Source: Parcubacteria group bacterium (GTDB lineage: Bacteria > Patescibacteriota > Microgenomatia > UBA1400 > PJMF01). Taken from it: a stretch of DNA of 64,000 bases. The stretch lies in contig CALQZX010000001.1 in assembly GCA_943350175.1 (NCBI GenBank), forward strand, positions 97,702 to 161,701, read 5' to 3'. The position numbers and the translations under genes were made by a program. The notes below the pieces were generated by a model. The model saw nothing but the letters and a program-made list of their open reading frames with translations. It did no database searches and was not told the origin of the DNA. Of the stretch, positions 46,826 to 57,398 are shown in pieces (position 1 is the first letter of the stretch; each line of letters starts with the position of its first letter).

Positions 46826-47773
46826 TTATTGACAGTTTAGAGCTAAGCGCAAGCTAGTTAAATTTTCTCTTTGGATGGAAAAGTAGTTCTCACCACTTTG
46901 TTCTTCCTCATCGCTCAAGCCTTCAATAGGATTAAAAACCAGAGTTCCTGCGCCAATTTCCTTGGCTATGGTCTCGGAAATTTTTGGACTGACTAGAGTT
47001 TCAAAGAAAATGTAACTGATGTTATTTTCTCTAGCTAATTTAGTGGTGGCAGCGATTTTTGCTGGCGATGGATCTTCATCAGGATTTAAGCCTTGTATAG
47101 CAATTTGTTCGAAGCCATATCTTTTAGCTAAATAGGCAAAAGCGGCGTGAGAAGTAATAACTTTATCATTTTGACAATTGGCCAAGCCAAGCTTAAATTC
47201 ATTATCTAGTTCAGCTAGTTTTTGCAGCAATTTTTCGGTATTTTCTTGATAATTTTTGGTGTTGTTTGGGTCAATTTCTTTTAATTTTTCATTAATTAAC
47301 TCGACTTCCTTTTGAGCTAAAACAGGGTCTAGCCAGACGTGAGAGTCGGTTTCTAAGATTCCATCTTCTTCGAATTTTAAGTCGGCCAGATTTTCTGCAA
47401 CTTTTAGAATTTGTTTGTTGTTGGTATTTATTTCATTATCAAATTTTCCAAGCCAGCTTTCAAAAAAAGCGCCATTTACGATTAGAAGTTGGCTATTTTC
47501 AATAGTCATAATATCTTTTGTGCTTGGTTCATAATCGTGAGGCTCGCCCCCGGTTTTGGTAAGGTTAATTACTTCTGCTCTGTCCCCAGTTATTTCCTTG
47601 GTGAGAAAATATAAAGGATAGAAAGATGTTGTAATTAATGTTTTGTTATCTTGTGTTTGTTTTTGAGATGGTTGATTTCGGAGCGAAAAACCATAGAGAG
47701 CTTTTCCAGCTAAAGCAGCAAAAAGAAAAATGAGGCCGCTAATTGTGGCTTTTTTTAATGACATTTTTTGCAT
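46826..47773 (-). CDS. znuA: Zn/Mn ABC transporter substrate-binding protein
   Basis: EPHDYEP, DSHVWLDP, SHAAFAY, NPIEG. Confidence 0.9.
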   Translation of the reverse strand: MQKMSLKKATISGLIFLFAALAGKALYGFSLRNQPSQKQTQDNKTLITTSFYPLYFLTKEITGDRAEVINLTKTGGEPHDYEPSTKDIMTIENSQLLIVNGAFFESWLGKFDNEINTNNKQILKVAENLADLKFEEDGILETDSHVWLDPVLAQKEVELINEKLKEIDPNNTKNYQENTEKLLQKLAELDNEFKLGLANCQNDKVITSHAAFAYLAKRYGFEQIAIQGLNPDEDPSPAKIAATTKLARENNISYIFFETLVSPKISETIAKEIGAGTLVFNPIEGLSDEEEQSGENYFSIQRENLTSLRLALNCQ

Positions 47774-48156
47774 AGGCCGAAAAATTCCAAGTGGTGACTC
47801 TTAATTTGAAAAGAACTGTTTTTCTTCGCTGCTTGAATGAGCAGTTTTTCATCAAGGCAAATGTCTTCAATCTTGCCACATTTTTCACACTGCACATGGT
47901 GGTGGTGTTGATGATCAGCTAATTCATAAACTGAAATTTTATTTTTGAACTGAGTTTCTTCAATTAGTTTCAATTCGACAAAACTAGCTAAAGTTCTATA
48001 AACAGTGACTTTATCGATTTTAATATTTTTCTTTTTTAATTTTTCAATGATTTGAAGAACGCTCTGCGGCTCGTGATCTAGGCTCGCAAAGATTTCCTGA
48101 CGTGGTTTGGTCAGGCGATAGCCTTTGGCAGCGAGTTGTTTTTTGATTTCAACCAT
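47755..48156 (-). CDS. zur: Fur-family regulator (Zur by context)
   Basis: GYRLTKPR, TVYRTL, HHHHVQCEKCG, GLCKKC; heads znuACB. Confidence 0.88.
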   Translation of the reverse strand: MVEIKKQLAAKGYRLTKPRQEIFASLDHEPQSVLQIIEKLKKKNIKIDKVTVYRTLASFVELKLIEETQFKNKISVYELADHQHHHHVQCEKCGKIEDICLDEKLLIQAAKKNSSFQIKSHHLEFFGLCKKCH

Positions 48157-48163
48157 TCTTATA

Positions 48164-48186
48164 TTATTGCAAATGAGTTGCAATAA
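48164..48186. promoter_or_regulatory. Zur/Fur box in the zur promoter
   Basis: Perfect palindrome TTATTGCAA-atgag-TTGCAATAA next to the minus-strand TTGACT. Confidence 0.8.
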
Positions 48187-48256
48187 GTCAAACGCTTCAT
48201 CTACTAGCAAATTACTCCAACTATCCTTACTTGGTGAAATTTGCTTTAATAATGTC

Positions 48257-49216
48257 ATGCCTTCTTTTGATATTATGGTTTTTGTTTCAGCTTTGTTGCT
48301 CTTGTGGCTGGGAGCTAATTTCGTTACTAGCTCTGCTTCTCGTTTAGCCAAGTCATGGGGCATGTCAGAGGGTTTCGTGGGCATGACGATCGTTGCTCTG
48401 GGCACAAGTTTTCCAGAAATTACTCTGGCGATTACTGGCGCCTTTCAAAAATTGGCAGGTCAGGACACTTCGGACATTGTGATTGGTAATACCATCGGAG
48501 CTTCAATGAATCAGCTGATTCTGATTGTGGCAATTTCTGGATTGCTCAAAGCAATTACCTTTAAAAAGAAAAATGTTTTTTTTAATGCAACTTTTGTTAT
48601 AGCAGCTGCCGCTGTTTTTTATACTTTTAGTCGTGATGCTGTAATATCTCCAATTGAAGGAGTTTCTCTCCTTGGATTTTATGCTGTTTATCTTCTCTAC
48701 CTCAGTCGTCAAAATTTTTTGGAACAAATCGCCACAAAAATTAAGAATAAATTGCCTAGAAAAAAGATGAAGTTTAAAGATATTCTTTTGCTGCTTTTTG
48801 GTTTGGTAGTTATTGTTAAGTCTTCACAAATTGTTCTAGATAAAGGTATCGATTTGGCCATGCAACTCGGCATTAGCGAGACGACAGTAGGCATTGTTTT
48901 GCTTGGTTTTGGCGTGAGTTTGCCAGAGCTGGTGATTGCAATCACCGCGGCGATGAAAGGATCCAGAGATCTTTCGATCGGAAATTTGGTGGGTGGAACG
49001 GTGGTTAATATTTGTGTGGCGATGGCTGCTGGAGCATCGATTAGTGGCTGGAACGTGGATCGAGGCTTGATGCAGTTCGATATTCCTTACTTGCTTTTTA
49101 GTGTTATCATTGTCGTTCTGTTTATAGCTAGCAGAAATAAGCTGGATAAGAAGGAATCAATTCTCTTGCTTTCTCTTTATCTAATTTACCTTTCGCTCAA
49201 AGCAATTAATTTATAA
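48257..49216 (+). CDS. Calcium/sodium antiporter (YrbG-like)
   Basis: GTSFPE and GVSLPE alpha repeats, GN.IG motifs. Confidence 0.9.
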   Translation: MPSFDIMVFVSALLLLWLGANFVTSSASRLAKSWGMSEGFVGMTIVALGTSFPEITLAITGAFQKLAGQDTSDIVIGNTIGASMNQLILIVAISGLLKAITFKKKNVFFNATFVIAAAAVFYTFSRDAVISPIEGVSLLGFYAVYLLYLSRQNFLEQIATKIKNKLPRKKMKFKDILLLLFGLVVIVKSSQIVLDKGIDLAMQLGISETTVGIVLLGFGVSLPELVIAITAAMKGSRDLSIGNLVGGTVVNICVAMAAGASISGWNVDRGLMQFDIPYLLFSVIIVVLFIASRNKLDKKESILLLSLYLIYLSLKAINL

Positions 49217-49219
49217 TTT

Positions 49220-50290
49220 ATGAAGAATTGGCAACTAATTAAGAGTAATCCGCTTCTTAAAGAGCGTTTTTTACTTCGTGAAAAGGTAACTGATTCAATT
49301 CGTTTATTCTTCAAAAGTAATGGTTTTCATGAAATGGAAACACCACTTATGGTTGCTGCACCAGGCGCCGAACCATACTTAAATCTCTTCGAAACTTCCT
49401 TGCAATTGCCTGATGGTCAGGCCAAGCAAGCTTATTTTCTAACCAGTCCTGAGTATGCCCTTAAAAAATTATTAGCAGCTGGCTTTGGTAGTATTTTTGA
49501 AATTTGCAAAACTTTTCGAAATCGAGAAAGTTTGGGCGGTACTCATAATCCAGAGTTTACCATTTTAGAGTTTTATCATAGTCAGGCTAATTATTTAGAT
49601 GTGATGAATGATTTTGAAAAAATGCTCTCTTTTATTTGCCAGACTTTAAAAATCGATGCTAAGAATTTTGTTTATCAAGGCAGGACTTTTGATTTAAGCT
49701 CTCCTTATTTAAGAATGAGCGTGGCTGAATTATTTCAAAAATATTTAAATTTGAACGCTGATGAGCTTTTGAATCTCGCAGCTCTTAGAAATAAAGCAAA
49801 AACTTTGGGTTATGATTTATCTGGTGTTGAGAACTTGTCTGCAGATTTAGCTTGGGAAGAAATTTACAATCAGCTCTTCCTGAACGAAATTGAGTCAAAA
49901 TTGGCAGAATTCAATCAGCCAGTCATTGTCTGTGATTATCCAGCTCCTCAGGCAGCTTTGGCTAGAAAAAAGACAGACGATCCTCGTTTTGCCGAACGCT
50001 TTGAAGTTTATCTGGGCGGCATGGAACTGGGCAATGCTTTTGGTGAATTGATTGATGCGGATGAGCAAAAAAAACGCTTAGAAGCTGATTTGCAGTTGCG
50101 CAAGGAACTTGGCAAAAAAGAACAAAAAATAGATCAGGATTTTATTGCTGCTTTGGAGTCAGGTTTGCCAGAATGTAGCGGTATGGCGGTTGGTATTGAT
50201 CGCTTAATTATGCTTTTTGCTGATGTAAGTAATATCGATGAAGTTTTACTTTTTCCAGCCAGTGAGTTATTTTCCCCCTTCGGGGACTAG
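49220..50290 (+). CDS. epmA: EF-P beta-lysine ligase (GenX/PoxA)
   Basis: TSPEYALKKLLAAG, FRNRE..HNPEFT, AERFE, ELGNAF, SGMAVGIDRL; no anticodon-binding domain; next to efp. Confidence 0.92.
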   Translation: MKNWQLIKSNPLLKERFLLREKVTDSIRLFFKSNGFHEMETPLMVAAPGAEPYLNLFETSLQLPDGQAKQAYFLTSPEYALKKLLAAGFGSIFEICKTFRNRESLGGTHNPEFTILEFYHSQANYLDVMNDFEKMLSFICQTLKIDAKNFVYQGRTFDLSSPYLRMSVAELFQKYLNLNADELLNLAALRNKAKTLGYDLSGVENLSADLAWEEIYNQLFLNEIESKLAEFNQPVIVCDYPAPQAALARKKTDDPRFAERFEVYLGGMELGNAFGELIDADEQKKRLEADLQLRKELGKKEQKIDQDFIAALESGLPECSGMAVGIDRLIMLFADVSNIDEVLLFPASELFSPFGD

Positions 50291-50331
50291 GCGGGCGTGT
50301 CAAGCTTCGCTTGATCCACGACTCGCCGTCG
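50273..50331 (-). repeat. Dispersed REP-like hairpin element, copy B (contains the epmA stop codon)
   Basis: GGGGACTAGGCGGG..AGCTTCGCT..CTCGCCGTCG, inverted relative to 8580-8620. Confidence 0.7.
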
Positions 50332-50372
50332 TTGACTAAATCGAGTAGCTTGGCGTAGAATAGCAGAATCTT

Positions 50373-50942
50373 ATGTCAACAACAAAAGCCGGTAATATCA
50401 AAAAAGGTTCTTATATCCTCTATAAGGATTTGCCTCACTACGTCATCAAGACCCAGTTTGTCTCTCCAGGTAAGGGTTCAGCTTTTACCAGAGTTAAGAT
50501 GCGTGACATGCGCAATGGCTCTACTCTAGAATTTAACTTCAAATCTCATGACAACATTGAAGAATTAGACGTTGAAACCAAAGAAATGCAATTTCTCTAT
50601 CTTGATGGTGGCGACGTTGTTTTCATGGATCCACGTACTTACGAACAAATGACCGTTCCTGGTCATATTTTGGACGACAAAGTTCAAATGCTCACTTCTG
50701 AAATCAAAGTTTATTTAACTGTTTATGATGAAAAAGTGATCGGTGTGGTTTTGCCACCAAAAGTCAGAATGGTTGTCGCTGATGCTCAAGATGCTATCTC
50801 TGGTGATCGTCAAACTGCTGGCAAAAAACCAGTGACTATGGAGAGTGGATTGATCGTGCAAGCTCCTCTATTTATTCATACTGGTGATACTCTTTTGATT
50901 GATACAGAAACTGCTGATTACGTTTCTAGAGTTAATGATTAA
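50373..50942 (+). CDS. efp: Elongation factor P
   Basis: SPGKGSAF loop, QFLY, FMD..TYEQ, PLFI..GD, YVSR. Confidence 0.96.
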   Translation: MSTTKAGNIKKGSYILYKDLPHYVIKTQFVSPGKGSAFTRVKMRDMRNGSTLEFNFKSHDNIEELDVETKEMQFLYLDGGDVVFMDPRTYEQMTVPGHILDDKVQMLTSEIKVYLTVYDEKVIGVVLPPKVRMVVADAQDAISGDRQTAGKKPVTMESGLIVQAPLFIHTGDTLLIDTETADYVSRVND

Positions 50943-51074
50943 TTGGAGGCTATCAAAAGTTTATTTTTTGATATGCACAGCATCTTTCATACCAGCTCCT
51001 TTTTTGTTTTGCAAAAAAGTAGGGTCTGAAATATAATATCGCTGGTCTCGCGAGAGATTTTGTATTTTTAACAA

Positions 51075-51147
51075 GGGTCCGTAGCTCAGTCGGTAGAGCA
51101 GAAGCCTTTTAAGCTTTGTGTCGTGGGTTCGAGTCCCACCGGACTCA
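51075..51147 (+). tRNA. tRNA-Lys(TTT)
   Basis: GAAGC-CTTTTAA-GCTTT anticodon arm, GGTTCGAGTCC T-arm. Confidence 0.95.
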
Positions 51148-53022
51148 CAAGTTAGCAGCATTTGCCCCGAACTGTTTCAGTTCGTCTTCATGCAAAACCT
51201 TTTTTCTTGCCATGTTGATAAGGATTTGCTGCGGCAGTCGCAGATAAATATCAATTTCGTACGGAACCATTTGTTCTCGATCATTTAGTCCAATTGTCCC
51301 TGCTGTGTGGAGAGTCATTCCAGATATCTGCAGTTTATTCTCAGGCCTATTACTGTAATTGCCGGTTTTTCTTCTTCCTGGAATCTTGTCAGAAGGATCG
51401 GGTCTTCTAGAATGAACAACAATGCCATCGATAATCATGTGAAGAATCTCAAAGATTTTTTCTCTGTCCTCTTGGATATCATTGAGTTTGTCGACATATT
51501 TTTGAGAAAATAGCTCAAGTGAAATCTCATAGGCTTGAAGATTTGCTTTTTGACCAATTTGTAATTCCAACTTTTCTTGTTCCTCGGACAACCTTTTTTG
51601 TTCCAAGTCATAATCTTTCACTTTAGCAAGCATGGTGTCGGTATCAATAATTCCAAACTCATGCTGTTCTTTGACTCTACTAATCATGTTTGGAAGTGCA
51701 TTTAGCAACCTACGGAGTTCATCTCTTCTATCTCTGAGTCTGGTGAGCTCAATTTTATTGGACTCAAGTTCCCTTTGATAGTCAAATACTGACTTTGGAT
51801 CTAGCAAAAGATTTCGCACATACTCAACAACAAATTCCTCAATTTTATCTGCTGGCAAGGGCAAAACATTGCATGGATAGCTTGTCTTTCGAGCATTTCT
51901 GTTGCCACATTTGTAATAATGACTAAACCGACCAGTTGATTTGACTTTTTTTCGATCGCCGACCCATGTAGAAAGATCTCTCATTAGCATGGTTTTTCGA
52001 CAATGACTGCATCTAAGCAATCCGCCAAGTAAATAAACATTTTTACTGTTTTGAGGTAAAGCTATAACCTTGTTGTATTTTGGTTTCTCCTTGAGAGAAT
52101 TTGCTGCCATTTTGAACAAATAATCATCAATGATAGCCTGATGTCTATGTGGAGATAGTTTCCATTTACTTGGTTCAACTCTTTTGCCATTTTCATTTTT
52201 CCCATAGTAATATTTGCCAAGATAGACCTCATCTTGAAGAATCTTTGCGACTACATTCGCTCGCCAAAAATATGCGGTGTTTTTCTTTTGACTTGTTCCT
52301 CGTCTTTTTTTGTAAAAAACAGCGGAGGCCTCTGGTGAAAGAACTTTTTTGGACGCTAAGTGATCAGCGATTTGTTGCTCAGTGTAATTCTGGGTAACAA
52401 ACATGTCGAAGATATTGCGTATAACTAGAGCTTCTTCTTCTAAAATCTCTATTGTTCCATCCAACTTCTTTTTGTAACCAAAAGGAGGGGCACTTCCCAT
52501 CCACACACCTTGCTTTACCGCTTCTCTTCGCCCATCTTGTGTTCTTAGTTTTGTGGTTTCAATTTCAAGCTCAGCAATGACTCCAATAATTCCAAGCATG
52601 GCTTTACCAAAAGGAGTTGATGTATCAATACTCTCATTTGCCGATAAAAACTCAACCTTATTTTTCTCAAGATAGCCAATAATATTGAGCAGTTCCTGCA
52701 ACCTTCTGGCAAAACGATCAATTTTGTACACAACTACTAGATCAAAAGGCTTTTTGTCGCTGTTGGCTAGTTCTTCAGTGAGACGGCGAAATGCTGGACG
52801 CTCAAGCATTGGGGTAGTTCCACTAATGTCGTCCTTGAAGATAAACTTATCATCAACTATATATTTATCTCTGCCATCGGGAAATTTCTTTGATTGAACA
52901 AGACTCCTTATGGCTTGCTCTTGTAAGTCCAGACCATACTTTTCCTTCTGATCCTCAGTAGATACCCTCAAGTAAAGGGCTACTCGCTTCTGCTCATTAT
53001 CTTCATTATTCATTTTTTGCAT
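51145..53022 (-). CDS. Large serine recombinase
   Basis: YLRVST, DDISG, RP.F..L, YKIDRFAR, PPFGY, CSHC..YYKC..C zinc ribbon, coiled coil. Confidence 0.95.
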   Translation of the reverse strand: MQKMNNEDNEQKRVALYLRVSTEDQKEKYGLDLQEQAIRSLVQSKKFPDGRDKYIVDDKFIFKDDISGTTPMLERPAFRRLTEELANSDKKPFDLVVVYKIDRFARRLQELLNIIGYLEKNKVEFLSANESIDTSTPFGKAMLGIIGVIAELEIETTKLRTQDGRREAVKQGVWMGSAPPFGYKKKLDGTIEILEEEALVIRNIFDMFVTQNYTEQQIADHLASKKVLSPEASAVFYKKRRGTSQKKNTAYFWRANVVAKILQDEVYLGKYYYGKNENGKRVEPSKWKLSPHRHQAIIDDYLFKMAANSLKEKPKYNKVIALPQNSKNVYLLGGLLRCSHCRKTMLMRDLSTWVGDRKKVKSTGRFSHYYKCGNRNARKTSYPCNVLPLPADKIEEFVVEYVRNLLLDPKSVFDYQRELESNKIELTRLRDRRDELRRLLNALPNMISRVKEQHEFGIIDTDTMLAKVKDYDLEQKRLSEEQEKLELQIGQKANLQAYEISLELFSQKYVDKLNDIQEDREKIFEILHMIIDGIVVHSRRPDPSDKIPGRRKTGNYSNRPENKLQISGMTLHTAGTIGLNDREQMVPYEIDIYLRLPQQILINMARKKVLHEDELKQFGANAANL

Positions 53023-53063
53023 TCTTCTAATAAACAAGGATGCAGTACCTAGAACTATATGAA

Positions 53064-53453
53064 CTAGTGCTGGTCGACTTGTTTATAGAGGTGATAAAGG
53101 AGCCTGTCGTTCTCAGTCTTCGCCGATTTGACGAAAACTCCAATTTGCTGATCCTTACCCCTGTAATCTCTATATCTCAAAGGCTTTTCTGTATCAATTT
53201 GCATAGAGACAACCTCAAACTTATCAAAATCAAAGATCTGTTCTTTGCTCTCAAGTTTGGATTGAAGCTCAATTATTTCTTCCGTCTCAAAGTCAGTTTG
53301 ATCTTTCTTAGCAATTACCAGTGAATCAAAGTTTTCGTATGCTGATTGATGAAAGTAAGGATAAATCTCAATCCTCTGTTTGAGAGGATTAGCCATGATC
53401 TTCAGTAGCTTTGGTTTTACCACAATCTTCGGCAGCTTAGTTTTTGCCTTCAT
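53064..53453 (-). CDS. Hypothetical protein upstream of the recombinase
   Basis: 129-aa ORF; TATAAT 7 nt before the ATG. Confidence 0.6.
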   Translation of the reverse strand: MKAKTKLPKIVVKPKLLKIMANPLKQRIEIYPYFHQSAYENFDSLVIAKKDQTDFETEEIIELQSKLESKEQIFDFDKFEVVSMQIDTEKPLRYRDYRGKDQQIGVFVKSAKTENDRLLYHLYKQVDQH

Positions 53454-53599
53454 TGTGCCAATTATAACTTTTCAATCAAACTTCTTCTTGGGCAAACTAG
53501 CACGATAGTGCGAAATTGCATTTGGGTAGTGAAACCTACGGAAGTATAATGGTAAGAATCGCATAAAAAGCGGGAATACAAGAATGTAAGAATAACGCC

Positions 53600-55969
53600 A
53601 TGGACAAGTCAATCTTTTCAGAACGAGATATTTGCACAAAATATATAGCCCCCGCTTTGGTTCGTTCTGGATGGAATGTTGAAACTCAAATTCGTGAAGA
53701 AGTTTTTTTCACTAAAGGAAGAATTATTGTCCAAGATAAAGTGGTAAAGCGAGGTCAGCCTAAGAGAGCCGACTATATTCTCTACCATAAACCAAACCTA
53801 CCACTTGCCATAATTGAGGCTAAAGACAACAATCATTCGGTTGGTGCAGGCATGCAACAAGGCCTTGAATACGCTGAAACTCTCGATATTCCATTTGTTT
53901 TCAGTTCTAACGGAGACGGCTTCATTTTTCATGACAGGACCGGCTTATCAAGTGAGATTGAAAAACAACTGAGTCTTGATGAATTTCCAACTCCTCAAGA
54001 ACTCTATCAGAAATTTCTTCGTTGGAAACACATTACCCCTGAAGAGGAAGCTATCGTCACTACAGACTATCATGTGGATATTCGTGGTAAGGGACCTCGT
54101 TATTACCAGCAAATAGCCATCAACCGCACGATTGAGGCTGTTGCCAACGACCAAGACAGGATTTTATTAGTCATGGCTACCGGCACAGGTAAAACTTACA
54201 CCGCCTTTCAAATCATGTGGCGACTTTGGAAGTCACGATCAAAGAAACGCATTCTTTTCTTAGCTGATCGTAACATTCTCATTGATCAAGCAAAAAACAA
54301 CGACCTCATTCCTTTTGGTGACAAATTGACTAAGATTACCAATCGTCATGTTGATAAATCTTATGAAGTTTACATGTCACTCTATCAAGCTGTCACTGGC
54401 ACTGAGGAGGAAAGCAATATCTACAAACAATTTAGTCCTGACTTCTTTGACCTCATTATTATTGATGAGTGTCACCGAGGTAGTGCCAGAGCTGACTCGG
54501 CTTGGCGAGAAATTCTTGAATACTTTGGCAATGCAACTCAGATCGGCCTGACTGCTACACCAAAGGAAACCAAAGATGTCTCAAATATCGATTATTTTGG
54601 TGAGCCAATCTACACCTACTCACTCAAGCAAGGTATTGATGATGGCTTTTTGGCCCCTTACAAAGTCGTCCGAATTACCATTGACCGAGATGTTGAGGGT
54701 TACAGACCTGAAAATCATAAAGTTGATGTCTACGGGCGTGAAATTCCTGACGAAGTCTACTACGGTCCTGACTTTGATCGAACGCTCATTATTGATGATC
54801 GCACTAAATTAGTGGCCAAAAAAGTAGTTGAATATCTGCGAGAAACAGATCCCTTCTCCAAGACAATCATTTTTTGTATTGATGTGGAACATGCGGAACG
54901 CATGCGGCAGGCTCTTGTCAATGAAGCTCAAGATTTGTATCAGCAGAATCCTCATTATGTGATGAGAATTACTGGTGATGATGAGGCCGGTAAGGCTGAA
55001 TTAGACAACTTTATTGATCCAGAAAGTAAATATCCCGTTATTGTTACCACTTCCAAACTTTTGACTACTGGCGTGGATGTTCAGACCTGTAAAGTAGTCG
55101 TGCTCGATGCCAATATCAACTCAATGACTGAGTTCAAGCAGATTGTTGGTCGAGGCACTCGCCTGAGAGAAGACTTTGGTAAATATTTTTTCACCATTAT
55201 GGATTTCCGCAACGCTACTGATAATTTTGCTGATCCGAACTTTGACGGTATGCCTGAATCAATTTACGAGCCAGTGATGCCCGCTGAAATCGAGGGAAAA
55301 TTGAAAGAGGAAGCATCTATCTCTACCGCAAGTGAAATCCTATATGATCCAACTGAACCAGCAGATCCACTGGTACTCAGGGAGAATGGCCAGCCATATA
55401 CAACCAGTCGTAAATATCAAGTTCGTGATGTTTTAGTCAAAGTTACAGGTGAACAAGTTCAATTTCTTGATGAGCAAGGTAAGTTGATTGCTCAGAATTT
55501 GGAAGAGTTTTGCCAGAGTAATCTCAAGAATGTCTATCCTGAGCCAGAAGATTTTGTTCATGCTTGGAACCAATCAGATAACAAGAAGTTCTTACTATCA
55601 GAACTTGAGGTTCAAGGTATATTTGTTGAAGAACTGCTTGATAGCATAGATAAAAAACTTGATGAGTATGATTTGATTCTCAAGGTGGGATATGGGAAAG
55701 AAGCCAAAACTCGACAACAAAGAAGAACTAAAATCAATCTTTCTCAGATTCTGCCAAACCTTTCACCTTTGCAATCAAATCTAATCGAAGTTCTACTTGG
55801 AATCTACGAGGCTGAAGGTGTTTCTCATATTGAGGATGTAGCGGTTCTAGAAGTCGGAGCTTTTGCCCAATTTGGTCGTCCTTACGAGATTCTCACTCAA
55901 GTGTTTACCAATCGTGAAGAGTATGCTGAGGCGGTTCAAACAATTATCAAAGCACTCTATCAGGAATAA
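53600..55969 (+). CDS. hsdR: Type I restriction enzyme R subunit (EcoAI/EcoEI-like)
   Basis: ADY..IIEAK nuclease, MATGTGKT, DECHRG, TATP, LLTTGVD, QIVGRGTR. Confidence 0.96.
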   Translation: MDKSIFSERDICTKYIAPALVRSGWNVETQIREEVFFTKGRIIVQDKVVKRGQPKRADYILYHKPNLPLAIIEAKDNNHSVGAGMQQGLEYAETLDIPFVFSSNGDGFIFHDRTGLSSEIEKQLSLDEFPTPQELYQKFLRWKHITPEEEAIVTTDYHVDIRGKGPRYYQQIAINRTIEAVANDQDRILLVMATGTGKTYTAFQIMWRLWKSRSKKRILFLADRNILIDQAKNNDLIPFGDKLTKITNRHVDKSYEVYMSLYQAVTGTEEESNIYKQFSPDFFDLIIIDECHRGSARADSAWREILEYFGNATQIGLTATPKETKDVSNIDYFGEPIYTYSLKQGIDDGFLAPYKVVRITIDRDVEGYRPENHKVDVYGREIPDEVYYGPDFDRTLIIDDRTKLVAKKVVEYLRETDPFSKTIIFCIDVEHAERMRQALVNEAQDLYQQNPHYVMRITGDDEAGKAELDNFIDPESKYPVIVTTSKLLTTGVDVQTCKVVVLDANINSMTEFKQIVGRGTRLREDFGKYFFTIMDFRNATDNFADPNFDGMPESIYEPVMPAEIEGKLKEEASISTASEILYDPTEPADPLVLRENGQPYTTSRKYQVRDVLVKVTGEQVQFLDEQGKLIAQNLEEFCQSNLKNVYPEPEDFVHAWNQSDNKKFLLSELEVQGIFVEELLDSIDKKLDEYDLILKVGYGKEAKTRQQRRTKINLSQILPNLSPLQSNLIEVLLGIYEAEGVSHIEDVAVLEVGAFAQFGRPYEILTQVFTNREEYAEAVQTIIKALYQE

Positions 55970-55971
55970 TT

Positions 55972-57396
55972 ATGTCACTCGGAAGCAAAGTCAAAACAAT
56001 TCAAAACATTATGCGTCAGGATACTGGTGTTGATGGTGACGCTCAGCGTATTTCCCAACTTGGTTGGCTAATATTTCTCAAAATCTTTGATGACCGAGAA
56101 AAAGAGCTGAGTACCATGAACCTCGGCTATGTTTCTGCCGTGCCTGAGGGCTTGAAGTGGCGAGATTGGGCGGCAAATCCAGAAGGCATGACTGGTGATG
56201 AGCTACTCAATTTCATCAACAATCAGCTATTCCCAAAACTCAAGAACCTAGAGGTCAGAGAAAATGACAAAAGGACCCTGATTTTACAAGCAGTGTTCTC
56301 TGATTCTTTCAATTACATGAAATCAGGCACTCTGCTGAGACAGATCATCAATGAACTCAATGATATTGATTTCAAGTCATCCAAAGATCGTCACATGTTC
56401 AATGATGTTTATGAACAAATTCTAAAAGACTTGCAAAGTGCTGGCAATGCCGGTGAGTTTTATACACCCAGACCAGTAACTCAATTTATTGTGGAGATGA
56501 TAAATCCACAGCTTGGTGAAAAAGTTTTTGATCCAGCTTGTGGTACTGGTGGATTCTTGACCTCAGTAATTGACCACCTGAGAAAAGATCAGATCAAAAC
56601 TGCTGAAGATGAAAAGATCTTAGCTGAGAGTCTGTATGGCATTGAGAAAAAGCCCCTCCCTCACTTGCTTTGCACAACTAACTTGATTTTACATGGGATT
56701 GATGACACTTCTAACATTATCAGGGGTAATTCACTAACTAGACCACTTAGAGATTACACAGAGTTAGATCGCATGAATGTAGTAGTAACCAACCCACCAT
56801 TTGGTGGTGTTGAGGAAGATGGTATTGAACTCAACTTCCCTAAGAAATTCCAGACTAAAGAAACGGCTGATCTTTTCTTGGTCCTAATTATTCATTTGCT
56901 AAAGAATGGTGGTCGAGCTGGCCTAGTTCTTCCTGACGGAACACTCTTTGGTGAGGGCGTAAAAACCGCCATCAAGGAGAAACTGCTTGAAGAATGTAAT
57001 CTGCACACTATTATCCGTCTGCCTGAAGGCGTTTTCTCACCTTACACAGGTATCAGAACAAATCTCTTGTTTTTTACCAAAGGTGAGCCAACTAGTGAAG
57101 TGTGGTTTTATGAACATAAGTATCCAGAAGGATATAAATCCTATTCAAAAACCAAACCAATGTCACTCAAGGAGTTTGATGCTGAAAGAGAATGGTGGAA
57201 TGATCGCTTGGAGGGTGAAAATAGCTGGAAAGTCAGTATTGATGAGCTGCGGGCAAGAGATTTCAATTTAGATATCAAGAATCCAAGTAAATCAATGCGG
57301 CATAGCTCAAAGAATCTAGAGGACATATTGTCTCAATTTGAGGAGAATCTTGACGAGATTCACAGTATTTTTGACTCATTAGTAAAGGAACTATAG
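55972..57396 (+). CDS. hsdM: Type I R-M methyltransferase subunit
   Basis: GEFYTPR, DPACGTGGF, NPPF. Confidence 0.96.
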   Translation: MSLGSKVKTIQNIMRQDTGVDGDAQRISQLGWLIFLKIFDDREKELSTMNLGYVSAVPEGLKWRDWAANPEGMTGDELLNFINNQLFPKLKNLEVRENDKRTLILQAVFSDSFNYMKSGTLLRQIINELNDIDFKSSKDRHMFNDVYEQILKDLQSAGNAGEFYTPRPVTQFIVEMINPQLGEKVFDPACGTGGFLTSVIDHLRKDQIKTAEDEKILAESLYGIEKKPLPHLLCTTNLILHGIDDTSNIIRGNSLTRPLRDYTELDRMNVVVTNPPFGGVEEDGIELNFPKKFQTKETADLFLVLIIHLLKNGGRAGLVLPDGTLFGEGVKTAIKEKLLEECNLHTIIRLPEGVFSPYTGIRTNLLFFTKGEPTSEVWFYEHKYPEGYKSYSKTKPMSLKEFDAEREWWNDRLEGENSWKVSIDELRARDFNLDIKNPSKSMRHSSKNLEDILSQFEENLDEIHSIFDSLVKEL

Positions 57397-57398
57397 CT

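Noticed and set aside
48125-48405. Long overlap between the zur and antiporter ORFs
   Set aside because: Artefact of longest-ORF calling; probable starts are 48156 (-) and 48257 (+), with the Zur box between them.
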